Virus record (IMG/VR): IMGVR_UViG_3300007619_000129
Span: 24,567 to 88,566 of that record
Length of the DNA stretch: 64,000 bases
From: a virus
Direction: 5' to 3' (one strand)
Shown here: positions 37,972 to 47,092 of the stretch, piece by piece
How positions within the stretch are numbered: position 1 is the stretch's first letter
How the letters are laid out: the number at the start of each line of letters is the position of its first letter
The notes under the pieces: model-generated
Told to the model about the DNA's origin: nothing
The model's database searches: none
What the model saw: only the letters and a program-made list of their open reading frames with translations
Position numbers and translations under genes: made by a program

Positions 37972-39660
37972 CTACTCAAGTAACCATTTCCATTTTTTTC
38001 CTAATCTTCCTTGGACCATACCTCTTTTGTTCAAGGAGCCGATTTTACTTGCCCCACTACCTGGAAGTGGTATAAATATTGAGTACTCTTCTTGTTTTCC
38101 TGTTGTAACGTCCGTATTTGATTTGATATCTTCTATTTTAGTAGTTTTAACACCCATTGAATCAAGCATTATTTTTTTTGTTTCTCTTGCTCTTTTGTCA
38201 ACTGTTCCACTTTCCCCAATAAGCCAAGAACCAATAGCATAAGACATAACTAAATCATCATTATAACCCCTCATAGCTTCTGCTTTATCCGGGTTAGTCC
38301 AAACAAAGGTTCTCAGCTCTTTCAGTAGCCTTGTGCTGTATATTTTTATGGTTGTATTCCTAAGGGACTCTTCTAATTGAGAGATGGCCTGATTCCTTGT
38401 GCGTCCATTGGTGTCAAATCCTGCTTTATCCAAATCTTGTCTATATGTAAATTCGTTTATTGAAATAATTTTGCTATCTCTATAAAAAATATTTGGATAT
38501 TCTAAATCTCGTAACTTTATTAAGGATGCATGCCCATGCTGATTTCTTTCGGGTGCTACTAGTGCATTATTATATTTTCTTCCTACTTCATCTAATAATT
38601 CAGCAAATCTATCAGGGGCAATTTTTCCTTTATATTCAGCAACACACTCACTTGAATCAAGATCTATAACAGGAAATGCTGAATAATCTTTTCCATATCC
38701 ACTTGCGACATCTGCTGAAATCACATAGTAATGACCTTTTACTGGATAATTCCAAATCCACAACCCACCATCTGATCCTTCTTTTCTAACTGGGTTTTTA
38801 GTTGATTTCTCAAGCATTTTCATAATGTGTGCACTTACCAAAGTATCACCAGACGATAAGAAATCACATTCGTATTCTTGTGCGATTTCTTTTTCGTCCA
38901 TATCTTTCGTTTGACTTTCAAACCATGCATCGTCTCTAGCGGGAACGCATCGCCAATCCAATTTGATTCCATTAAAGTTATTACACCCATCTTCTCCTGG
39001 TTTTTGGTTTTCCCATTTTTTTGCTGAGCTTTCATATAATTTATGAAAAAGATTACCTACTCCTCTAGGTGTTGAAAGTAAAATACACCTACCTCCAGTA
39101 GAGATAGTTGGTTTAAGTCCCAACCACAGTTTATCCATATTTTTAATAATGGCTGCCTCATCAACAATCAATAAGGAAAGGGCCTCTGAAACCCCTACAT
39201 CATCCGATGTTGCTACAGCTTTTATAATTGATCCCCTGGATGATTCCATAGTATGTACAGATTCTTTTTCAACTTTCAGATATTGACGCATCCATTTAGG
39301 GAGGTTTGAAATAACAACCTTTACTTTTCTCAAAAGATTTTTTGCTACATCCTGTTTTGTAGCTACAATTAGTATATTTGCTGGTGGATGAAACAAAAAC
39401 ATCCAAGTAGCATATGCTGCTACAAGGGTTGACATTCCAACCTGTCTTGATTTTAGTATAATATTATTTTTATATGTTAGAAAATCATTAATGCAATCTT
39501 CCTGAAATTGCCAAAGCTTAAATGGCCTTACAGACATAACATTTTCGTAGCCATTTTTACTAACAAACGATACTACTTTACAGTATTCATTTATAAAGTA
39601 TATTGGATTTCGAGCACACTTAATGAGCTCTCCTGCTTGTTTCTTTTGTACTTTTGCCAT
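37972..39660 (-). CDS. gp17: Terminase large subunit (T4 gp17-like)
   Basis: C..NP.YFI..Y, adenine motif L..FQ, Walker A KSRQVG.ST, Walker B LIVDEAA, STPRG..N.F, QEYEC.F, nuclease DVA.G.G.DYS and DD.VMS.AI. Confidence 0.95.
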   Translation of the reverse strand: MAKVQKKQAGELIKCARNPIYFINEYCKVVSFVSKNGYENVMSVRPFKLWQFQEDCINDFLTYKNNIILKSRQVGMSTLVAAYATWMFLFHPPANILIVATKQDVAKNLLRKVKVVISNLPKWMRQYLKVEKESVHTMESSRGSIIKAVATSDDVGVSEALSLLIVDEAAIIKNMDKLWLGLKPTISTGGRCILLSTPRGVGNLFHKLYESSAKKWENQKPGEDGCNNFNGIKLDWRCVPARDDAWFESQTKDMDEKEIAQEYECDFLSSGDTLVSAHIMKMLEKSTKNPVRKEGSDGGLWIWNYPVKGHYYVISADVASGYGKDYSAFPVIDLDSSECVAEYKGKIAPDRFAELLDEVGRKYNNALVAPERNQHGHASLIKLRDLEYPNIFYRDSKIISINEFTYRQDLDKAGFDTNGRTRNQAISQLEESLRNTTIKIYSTRLLKELRTFVWTNPDKAEAMRGYNDDLVMSYAIGSWLIGESGTVDKRARETKKIMLDSMGVKTTKIEDIKSNTDVTTGKQEEYSIFIPLPGSGASKIGSLNKRGMVQGRLGKKWKWLLE

Positions 39661-40044
39661 TTAGTCCAAGTCTATTATAGCCTTAAGCCTAAACAGGGCT
39701 GGACCTGGAACTCCATAATATGGCTCTACTGAGGCATCTGAATGTTTCGTTTCAGCTTTCAGTGTTCTACCCGATTGTTCTTTAAACTCTTTTTTTATCT
39801 CAGACAATTGATTGTTCAAAATAGTTGTAGCTTCTTGAGTATATCTATCTTTTTCTCTTCTCAACTCTTGTGGCGCACTCAAGTGTACTACCATACTACA
39901 AGTAGCGATTAACTGATCTTCACCCAAAAGTTGCCATTTTATACCAACAGAAGCTGGTTTCCCTGAAATAGCTGACGATCTACACCAAGTTGTATCTATT
40001 ATTCCACCAAGAACATTACTTTCTTCTATTGTTAACATAGACAA
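39661..40044 (-). CDS. Hypothetical protein (127 aa) directly upstream of TerL
   Basis: Abuts the TerL start; AGGA Shine-Dalgarno and ATAGTTA upstream. No TerS motif recognised. Confidence 0.7.
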   Translation of the reverse strand: MSMLTIEESNVLGGIIDTTWCRSSAISGKPASVGIKWQLLGEDQLIATCSMVVHLSAPQELRREKDRYTQEATTILNNQLSEIKKEFKEQSGRTLKAETKHSDASVEPYYGVPGPALFRLKAIIDLD

Positions 40045-40055
40045 TTTCCTATAGA

Positions 40056-40062
40056 TAACTAT
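40056..40062 (-). promoter_or_regulatory. Putative late promoter ATAGTTA (127-aa gene / terminase)
   Basis: Same family; upstream of AGGA Shine-Dalgarno. Confidence 0.5.
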
Positions 40063-40127
40063 TCTCTATCTTCTTTTTTATCAATTTAAGATAGTCTATT
40101 GTTTATATTAATAATGTTTATACTTTA

Positions 40128-40382
40128 TTATTTATTTTTGCTTAAAATAGGTCTCCAACCATTTTCCCACTTTTCTCTGTTTCCCTCCGCATATTCTATT
40201 CCACAACGAACACAACACTCAAATTCTCTATAATATTTAGAATCTTCAACATTTTTCATTTGCCCCTTACAAAGTGGGCAATATAATGGTATTGGTGAAT
40301 CATAAACCTCTGGAGTAATGATTAGAAATCCTCCAGAGTGTTTTGTTTGTAGCCTACCGTCCTTTATTTTTTTTACTTTCAA
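40128..40382 (-). CDS. Small zinc-finger protein
   Basis: CPLC ... CC..C ... W..GWRP; TGATATAAT at 40392-40400. Confidence 0.7.
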   Translation of the reverse strand: MKVKKIKDGRLQTKHSGGFLIITPEVYDSPIPLYCPLCKGQMKNVEDSKYYREFECCVRCGIEYAEGNREKWENGWRPILSKNK

Positions 40383-40453
40383 ATCATGACAATTATATCA
40401 TATATATAAAATAAATACCAATTTAAAAAAGCTCAAGAAATAAGGAGATTATT

Positions 40454-43400
40454 TTAAGATTGACATACATGAGAAAATTTTCCTTTTTTCTCAATTTCTA
40501 TTAAGTGATCAACCATATTTTTTAGTTTTTCATTGTGAGAAATAACAATAATATTTTTAAACCATCTTTTTAGGAAAGAATACATTTTCGCACATTTTGG
40601 CAAATTATCTTGGTCAAGAGTGTCGAATGCTTCGTCAATAATTAGAACGTCGGGCCTTGGAAGTGTTGAAATATTGATCATTGCTACTCTTAAAGCGATT
40701 GAGGCAACAGTGCTTTCCATGCCACAATTTAATTCAATTGGTATTCTATACCCGTCTTCTTCAAGAAAGATGTCAAGGTCATTGGAATTAGAGCTTTCGT
40801 CTATTTCAAGAACAATTTTGAAATCAGCTATACCACTTAGTATTCTTTCAACTTCTTTATTTACATCTGGCAATCTTGATTTTATAATCAGTGCTGGTAT
40901 GCCCTTTTTAGAGAAGGCAAATAGCAATTTTTCATATAATAACCATTTAGCTCTAATTTGTTTATATCTCTTTTTTTCTTTTTCATTTCTTTTTAGTTCG
41001 TATTCTATTCCCCCTACCTCACTTGCCACAGCAATTCTTTGTTTGTCCAGATTTTTTTCTTCTCTTCTTAACTCAACCAATTGTTCAGATACAGAATCTA
41101 ATTCTTCTCTATCATTTTCATCGATTACTTTAGTCAATAGGTCTTTTAATTTTTCTTTCCCATTTTTAAGTTTATTATTTAAGTCGTCCCTTTTTCTTTT
41201 GTTTTTTGATATTTCGGTTTCAATATTAGCAATTTTTGCTTCTATTTTTAAACCCTTTGTCATTATTTTTTCATATTTTTCTATTTTCTCTTCTATTTTA
41301 TTAGAATCAAGACCTTCAAGTTCCTTTTCTTGCTCTTCAACTTTTTGTAATATTTTTTTTATCTTCTCTTTTTGTGCTGGTAATGATTTCTTATCTAAAT
41401 GAGAATCTTTTATGAATCTGCAAGAAGGATATTCCTCTCCACAAGGAACTAGGGTCAATTTTTTGACAGACTTTTTCTTGTTAGATAATTCTGTTTCTTC
41501 TTGCTGAAGATCGTTTTTTAGTTCTCCTAGTATCTTTTCCATTTTTCTGATTGATTTCAATCTTTTTTTATTTTCTTCTACAGAAAATTTTGTTTTTATC
41601 TTTTCAATCTTAGATAAGTCAGTCTTTGCCTCTGTTAAGGCTATTTCATTTCTTTTTATTTTGTTGTTGATTCTTTCTATTTTTTCTTCAAGATCTTCAA
41701 CTTCCTCTTCTTGATCTTCAACGTCAGATTTAGTAATAATATTTTCAAAAGATTCTTTCAAAACTGAATGCTTCTCTCTTATTTTTTCAATTTCTTTTCT
41801 TTTTGACTCAATACTACTTCCTAATTTTTTTACAATTTTTTCCTTGTCTGTTTTTTTCTTTTCTAATTCTTTTATTATATCTTCCCAATCAATACTTGAC
41901 ATATCTTTGAATTCCCTTTGAATTCCCTTTGAATCCTCTTTTATAAGACAATTTATGTCTTCAATAATCCCAAGATCAAGAAAACGAGAAAATATTTCTT
42001 TTCTTGCTGTACTTTTCTTCTCAATAAAAGCTTGCATGTTACCAGCAGTAGCCATAGCAGTCAAAATAAAGTCCTCTGGTAACCCAATAACAGATCTTAT
42101 TTCCTTTTCAGTGTCCTGTCTTTTAATGTCGTTTCTTGACCTATCACCAACCTCAACAAAATCTAAAGAATTTGAAGTTGATAATTTCCCGGTTTTTTTA
42201 GAAAGTTTATTCTTTGTTGATCTCTCTATTTTATAATTTGTTCCAGAAGAACTGAATTCTATTCTTCCGTAACAAGATGACCTTCTTTTATTTACAACTT
42301 CCTTACTTTTTACTGCACCTTTATGGGTAGTATTGTATAGTGTATAAAGAATTGTTCCTAGAATTGAAGATTTCCCATTTCTATTAGGAGCGAATATCCC
42401 CGAAACACCTGGGTATTTTTCAAAATCTATGACATTATCTTTTCCATAACAAAAAGTATTGCTAAATTCTATCTTTCTTAATGACCACTCAGTATTGCGT
42501 GCAATATTTTCGTTTCCTGATATCTTTGACATACAATTTTCTATTATCTCTTTAGATTCTTTCCATTTCTCTTCTGAAAGTTCCTCTTCTTTATACAAGT
42601 CTCTAAAGAGACTATAAACAACTTCTGGATCTCTTAAATTTATTTTTTTCTTAACAAGGTTGTCATAATTTTCTGTAGAAAATTTTCTTGGGTAAAATAC
42701 AACCTCCGTTCCACCAAGTGTCATCAATTCGTTTTCTAAGTGTGACTTGTCAACATGTGTTAATTCTTCGTCTGACTTTATTCTAAACCTTGAGCTTTTT
42801 GGGTATTTTTTTGACTTTTCAACTGTTTCTTCAACACTTCCACTCCAGTCTAAAGTAATAAATGGAAAATTATTCTTTACCTTATGAAAGGTAACATCAA
42901 AATCTTTTTTAGATCTTATATCCCAAAAAAGAAAACCCTTTTCAGTAATTTCTCCAAAATTCTGTTGTATTGTAGATCCAGGATATGCTATTGTTTTTCT
43001 TTTGTTTAGGAATTGCTTTTTGTGAATATCTCCCAATAAAGCAAAATCATAATCATCAAAAAAATTTCCCGGAACTTCTGCACCCAACGGATAATCTTGA
43101 TCTGTTACTGCCCCCTTTACACTACCGTGAAACAGGGCAATATTAATTAAGTCTGGATCAGGACAAACATTTTTCCACCCCTCTTCGTCACAACAAGAGA
43201 AGACACAAAGATTTGCTTTTAATCCTAAATGTTTTAAAAAATAATTACCACTCTGTTTAAATAGTATTACTTTTTCATTATTCATTGCATTAACGATTGG
43301 AGAAATTACATCTTGTCTTGATTTGTTGTTTAAATTTAAATCATGATTACCCAAAATCAGATAAACAATAGCAACCTTACTAAGTTCATCTAAAAACCAA

Positions 43401-43675
43401 ACAACTTCCTCAATCATTTCTGGAGTTATTCTAGATGTTTTACAGTGGATTATATCTCCAGAAACAACAATTATGTCTGGACGTAATTTTTTAGCCTGTA
43501 CGAATAAGTCTTTGAAAGATTCTCTGTATTCTCCATGGCGCTCAAGGGGCCTCCAATGAGTATCTGCTATATGAATAATTTTCATGTGACCTAAATGATT
43601 ATAACACCAAAAAATTAAAATTTGTGTCTTTTTATTGATTCTGCTTTTTGTTTTATTACAGAATATTTGTCCCAC
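40454..43675 (-). CDS. sbcCD: Fused SbcD-SbcC (Mre11-Rad50; T4 gp47-gp46) recombination nuclease; start probably 43585
   Basis: Phosphoesterase motifs HIADTH, GDI.H, GNHD, FHG, LGDIH, YPGS..QQ.FGE; Walker A PNRNGKSS; long coiled coil; Walker B IIDEAF..LD; H-loop ISH. Confidence 0.92.
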   Translation of the reverse strand: MGQIFCNKTKSRINKKTQILIFWCYNHLGHMKIIHIADTHWRPLERHGEYRESFKDLFVQAKKLRPDIIVVSGDIIHCKTSRITPEMIEEVVWFLDELSKVAIVYLILGNHDLNLNNKSRQDVISPIVNAMNNEKVILFKQSGNYFLKHLGLKANLCVFSCCDEEGWKNVCPDPDLINIALFHGSVKGAVTDQDYPLGAEVPGNFFDDYDFALLGDIHKKQFLNKRKTIAYPGSTIQQNFGEITEKGFLFWDIRSKKDFDVTFHKVKNNFPFITLDWSGSVEETVEKSKKYPKSSRFRIKSDEELTHVDKSHLENELMTLGGTEVVFYPRKFSTENYDNLVKKKINLRDPEVVYSLFRDLYKEEELSEEKWKESKEIIENCMSKISGNENIARNTEWSLRKIEFSNTFCYGKDNVIDFEKYPGVSGIFAPNRNGKSSILGTILYTLYNTTHKGAVKSKEVVNKRRSSCYGRIEFSSSGTNYKIERSTKNKLSKKTGKLSTSNSLDFVEVGDRSRNDIKRQDTEKEIRSVIGLPEDFILTAMATAGNMQAFIEKKSTARKEIFSRFLDLGIIEDINCLIKEDSKGIQREFKDMSSIDWEDIIKELEKKKTDKEKIVKKLGSSIESKRKEIEKIREKHSVLKESFENIITKSDVEDQEEEVEDLEEKIERINNKIKRNEIALTEAKTDLSKIEKIKTKFSVEENKKRLKSIRKMEKILGELKNDLQQEETELSNKKKSVKKLTLVPCGEEYPSCRFIKDSHLDKKSLPAQKEKIKKILQKVEEQEKELEGLDSNKIEEKIEKYEKIMTKGLKIEAKIANIETEISKNKRKRDDLNNKLKNGKEKLKDLLTKVIDENDREELDSVSEQLVELRREEKNLDKQRIAVASEVGGIEYELKRNEKEKKRYKQIRAKWLLYEKLLFAFSKKGIPALIIKSRLPDVNKEVERILSGIADFKIVLEIDESSNSNDLDIFLEEDGYRIPIELNCGMESTVASIALRVAMINISTLPRPDVLIIDEAFDTLDQDNLPKCAKMYSFLKRWFKNIIVISHNEKLKNMVDHLIEIEKKGKFSHVCQS
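43598..43606 (-). promoter_or_regulatory. Extended -10 element TGTTATAAT upstream of SbcCD
   Basis: 12 nt before ATG 43585, supporting that start. Confidence 0.5.
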
Positions 43676-44583
43676 TCAATAGCCCTTTCTCTCAAAGAAA
43701 GGAATTCTTTTTTTGACAAATCACCAACATCTCCAAAATTGCCTAATGGTAGAACCCTTGTCTTTATTCCATATGAGTTCAACATTTTTACTTGTTTTAA
43801 TAATTTTGTATATTTCATATCAGGATCAATAGCAACAAGGACGGGGGTTTCATTTTCTACTATCTTCATAAGCAATAAAGAATCGTCTGATAAGTCGGAA
43901 CCACTCAAAATGGTAGTATTTTCATTACACTTCACCATATCAAATGGTCCTTCAGTTATTGTAAGTTCCTTTGACCAATTGATGTTAATTTCATTAAAAA
44001 CAATTTCTTTTTTTCTAACTTTTGGTAAAATATATGGAATGACCCAATCATCATCTCTTATGGATCTACATGAATAGAAATTAAGATTACCACTTCTATC
44101 AAAAGATGGCATAATAACTCTATCATACCATTTTTTAGATGTTCCAAATTTATAATACCAAAGATCTCTATTGGAAACTCCTCTTTTTTTCAAATATCTT
44201 AATGCCCTTTTGGCTAGAAAGCCATCTGATTCAGACTGTAAGGACAATAATTTAAAGTCATTTGGAAGTGTAAGAATTTCTGTCTTTGTACTACCATAGT
44301 CTATTATGGACTTTCCTTCAAAAAATGTATTGATATATTCTTCAATTATTTGTTGTGAACAATATTGCCTAAGAACCTTGATCAGCCTTCCTGAATAACC
44401 ACATGTCCAGCATTTGAAAATGTCATTTTTATAAATGTTGATCGCTAATTTTCTTTTTCCTTTCTTTTTTCTTGACCAACAATTCAGAACTGGGCATCTT
44501 ACCTGAACATTACCATCATTATATCTGTCTACTCTTCCAAAGGTCTTTTCAATAAATTTTATTTTTTCACTTGTAGTATACAA
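43615..44583 (-). CDS. dnaG: DNA primase (Zn finger + TOPRIM, T4 gp61/DnaG-like)
   Basis: CP...C ... FKCWTC, YL..RG, RVI.P.F...G.L.FY..R, ITEGPFD, .DPD, DVGD. Confidence 0.85.
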   Translation of the reverse strand: MYTTSEKIKFIEKTFGRVDRYNDGNVQVRCPVLNCWSRKKKGKRKLAINIYKNDIFKCWTCGYSGRLIKVLRQYCSQQIIEEYINTFFEGKSIIDYGSTKTEILTLPNDFKLLSLQSESDGFLAKRALRYLKKRGVSNRDLWYYKFGTSKKWYDRVIMPSFDRSGNLNFYSCRSIRDDDWVIPYILPKVRKKEIVFNEININWSKELTITEGPFDMVKCNENTTILSGSDLSDDSLLLMKIVENETPVLVAIDPDMKYTKLLKQVKMLNSYGIKTRVLPLGNFGDVGDLSKKEFLSLRERAIEWDKYSVIKQKAESIKRHKF

Positions 44584-44591
44584 ATCGCCAA

Positions 44592-44600
44592 ATTATATCA
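44592..44600 (-). promoter_or_regulatory. Extended -10 element TGATATAAT upstream of primase
   Basis: 8 nt before the TTG start at 44583. Confidence 0.5.
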
Positions 44601-44601
44601 C

Positions 44602-45288
44602 CTATATCACTTTTTTCAATAATTTATCTTGTAAATCTTTGTATGGAGATGGTTTGTCCAGCATTTTTTTAACCAACCCCTTTATTGGAAGCATAAAATA
44701 ATATTTCTTTCCAGTAAAATTTTTTACGTATGCTTCCATTCTATATTGTCCATATCTTTCTAAATTTCTTCTATATGCACGGGCTTCAGCTAAAGCTCTA
44801 AAAGGGGCTGGCCATGGCAATAATGCCAATAACCACCAATTAGAATAAGGTAAGGACAATAAAGCAAGACATTGTGGAAAAAGATATAAAATATTGAATA
44901 TCCAATTATTTATAAGTGAATACAACTTACTAACAAGTCCCAAAAGAGTTTTTTGATCAATGGAATGAATTTTTTCATGTTCAAAAGAAGAAAATGAAAA
45001 TTTTTCTTTGTCTGGTAAATAGATTTTTGACTTACTAACAAGCCCAAAAAGAGTTTTTTGATCAATGGAATGAATTATTTCATGTTCAAAAGAAGAAGTC
45101 GAAAATTTTTCTTTGTCTGGTAAATAGATTTTTGGCTTATACCCAAGACTGAATGAACTATATGTCTTCATATAATTTGTGAAAAATAGAATTTTCCCTA
45201 AAAATTTTGACAATTTATGTTTACTCTTTTTAATAATTGTTAAATCTGGAATAATTTTTTTATATTCTTGTATTAATAAGTCTAACAT
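44602..45288 (-). CDS. Putative zincin-like (HExxH) protein with internal 35-aa duplication and a hydrophobic segment
   Basis: HEIIH and HEKIH in tandem repeats; hydrophobic stretch; R..AEARAY as possible third zinc ligand. Confidence 0.6.
   Translation of the reverse strand: MLDLLIQEYKKIIPDLTIIKKSKHKLSKFLGKILFFTNYMKTYSSFSLGYKPKIYLPDKEKFSTSSFEHEIIHSIDQKTLFGLVSKSKIYLPDKEKFSFSSFEHEKIHSIDQKTLLGLVSKLYSLINNWIFNILYLFPQCLALLSLPYSNWWLLALLPWPAPFRALAEARAYRRNLERYGQYRMEAYVKNFTGKKYYFMLPIKGLVKKMLDKPSPYKDLQDKLLKKVI
44925..45134. repeat. Tandem direct repeat, 2 x 105 nt, 6 mismatches
   Basis: Units 44925-45029 and 45030-45134 aligned by hand. Confidence 0.9.
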
Positions 45289-45878
45289 ATTCCCTTATTT
45301 CCCCTTAAACTTAGGTATCCAGCTAATGCTATTATATAGCTATCAAGCTCATCCAATACATAGTCTTTAAGTTTCCCTGTTCTTTTTCGTGGCCATTCCT
45401 TATCTTTAAAAACTTCTTGTTTTGACAAAAAGTCAAAAACTTGATCCTTTGCATTAATTCCATTTTTTCTAATAGTTAATCCACACTTTTTTCTTGCTGT
45501 TGAAGCCACAATATGTTCTGGCTCTTGACAATATGTACGATACAAGCCATAAGAACATTTTGAATTAAAACTAACCAATTTGTAAATTGTTTCTGCTGTT
45601 GATTTATTGTATCTATATGCAGGCTGTTCTATAAAGATAGCGTCTGGTCTTCTATTTATTTCTATAAATTTAGAGGAAATATGATCTATTACAGTCTCTG
45701 TCTTCAAGTAAAGATTTTTTTCTTCTTTAGAAAGATCAATATGATCATTTACTATTAATTTTTTATCTTCTAGTATTGTATATCCAACTATTCTTGTTGA
45801 AATATCAAGTCCAAGAACAACTAATCCCATACTTTTAGTTATGTAGAGCCAATATCTTTTTTGTCTTGACGAATCCAA
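45282..45878 (-). CDS. ruvC: RuvC-like Holliday junction resolvase (start probably MGLVVLGLDIS at 45830)
   Basis: LGLDIST...G, IFIEQ, ARK..G, AK.QV, D..DS..IA.AG. Confidence 0.85.
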   Translation of the reverse strand: MDSSRQKRYWLYITKSMGLVVLGLDISTRIVGYTILEDKKLIVNDHIDLSKEEKNLYLKTETVIDHISSKFIEINRRPDAIFIEQPAYRYNKSTAETIYKLVSFNSKCSYGLYRTYCQEPEHIVASTARKKCGLTIRKNGINAKDQVFDFLSKQEVFKDKEWPRKRTGKLKDYVLDELDSYIIALAGYLSLRGNKGIC

Positions 45879-46645
45879 TCTTCGTCTTCATCGTGACTAT
45901 GTAAGAAGATTTCCCCACTATCAGCCATAAATTCTTCTGCTCTAGTTTTTAGAAATTTAACTTCATTATTTTTCAAAAATACCTTCATTTGTTCAAGAAA
46001 TCTCTTGTGTCTCTCTTCTAAATTTCTAATGTGTGAAACCTTTTCTTTAGAAAAGGATTGATCTAGTGGGGCATATCCATAAACTTCACAATCTGCATCA
46101 TTTTTTGGGTGAGCACCCTTTTCGTTTTTAAATCTTTTCACTTTTACATCTTTTCGTTTAGCCGAATAATATGTCCACAATTCAGAAGCATTTTTTGACA
46201 TCTTCTCCCGATTAGGCATAATGGGAGAATGGTTGTGAAGAGCTACATCAAACATAAATGTTTCATAACCATCTCTAGCATTAACGTCAACAATTTCATT
46301 TGCACCATAACAACTTCCAACAAGACCTTTCAATCTTCCTTTATGAACTTCAATATATCCAAAAATTCCACTGTCATCTCTAAAAATGTCTGCTAAGTTA
46401 GCAAAACTATAATAATCTTTAAATGTGTCATCTTTGTCCTTAAATGTAACAGACGCATAATGCTCTTTTGCTTTTTTTACTTGTGATTTTATTTTTTTAG
46501 CATAATAAGAAGGCTTATAAAGAGTGTATGCTGTAAAATACAGTCCTCGGTCAACCAAAAGAGCCATATCGTCTACAGACGAATAAACACCAGGATTTAC
46601 ATCTTCAGAAATTATATTTCTTATGTATTTCCTTATGGTTTGCAT
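45839..46645 (-). CDS. Hypothetical protein, degenerate GNAT-like fold, with amphipathic leader
   Basis: MQTIRKYIRNIISE leader; GYI.V ... EI..V.A..GY...MFD.AL ... MPNR..MS..A..LW.YY. Confidence 0.6.
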   Translation of the reverse strand: MQTIRKYIRNIISEDVNPGVYSSVDDMALLVDRGLYFTAYTLYKPSYYAKKIKSQVKKAKEHYASVTFKDKDDTFKDYYSFANLADIFRDDSGIFGYIEVHKGRLKGLVGSCYGANEIVDVNARDGYETFMFDVALHNHSPIMPNREKMSKNASELWTYYSAKRKDVKVKRFKNEKGAHPKNDADCEVYGYAPLDQSFSKEKVSHIRNLEERHKRFLEQMKVFLKNNEVKFLKTRAEEFMADSGEIFLHSHDEDEDWIRQDKKDIGST

Positions 46646-47070
46646 TTATCTAATTCCTTATAAATCCAATCAACTATTTCATCTTTCTTTATATTATTAG
46701 ATAATACTTTAGCAGTAACGGATTCTTTAAGTTGTGAATTATTATTAGGTTTTATGTTGGCATTTATTTTTGTGTCCCTAATAAATTTTGCACTAAATTC
46801 AATTGGAGAAAAATATTTCTTTTCATCAATAAAAATTTCTAACCTTGATGGATAAGAGCCCTCTTTTATTTTATTTAACATTGGGGGAATAGTAATCTTT
46901 GCTATTTTTCCACTTATTTCTCCCTTAAATGAATATCCAATATCATCGGCTTCACACATAAGCCTAGCTGATGTCTTTCCAATAGCAGTATTTGATTGAA
47001 TCTCTATTTCAAATTCAAGACTATTTTCTTCCTCTAAATTTAGGTTTACTTCTTTAGATGACATCAACAA
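46633..47070 (-). CDS. Hypothetical beta-rich protein (start probably 47064)
   Basis: 145 aa; ATATTTA 6 nt before ATG 47064. Confidence 0.7.
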   Translation of the reverse strand: MLMSSKEVNLNLEEENSLEFEIEIQSNTAIGKTSARLMCEADDIGYSFKGEISGKIAKITIPPMLNKIKEGSYPSRLEIFIDEKKYFSPIEFSAKFIRDTKINANIKPNNNSQLKESVTAKVLSNNIKKDEIVDWIYKELDKCKP

Positions 47071-47092
47071 TAAATATCAATTATTTATAAAA

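Noticed and set aside
37972-39660. Intein or intron in terminase
   Set aside because: 562 aa with contiguous ATPase and nuclease motifs; no Cys...HN splice blocks.
39661-40044. Terminase small subunit
   Set aside because: Only the position supports it; no recognisable HTH or oligomerisation pattern, so it is left as hypothetical.
44925-45134. 105-nt near-identical repeat pair as a DGR template/variable repeat
   Set aside because: The six mismatches are not confined to adenines on either strand, the copies are directly tandem in one ORF, and no reverse transcriptase is present.
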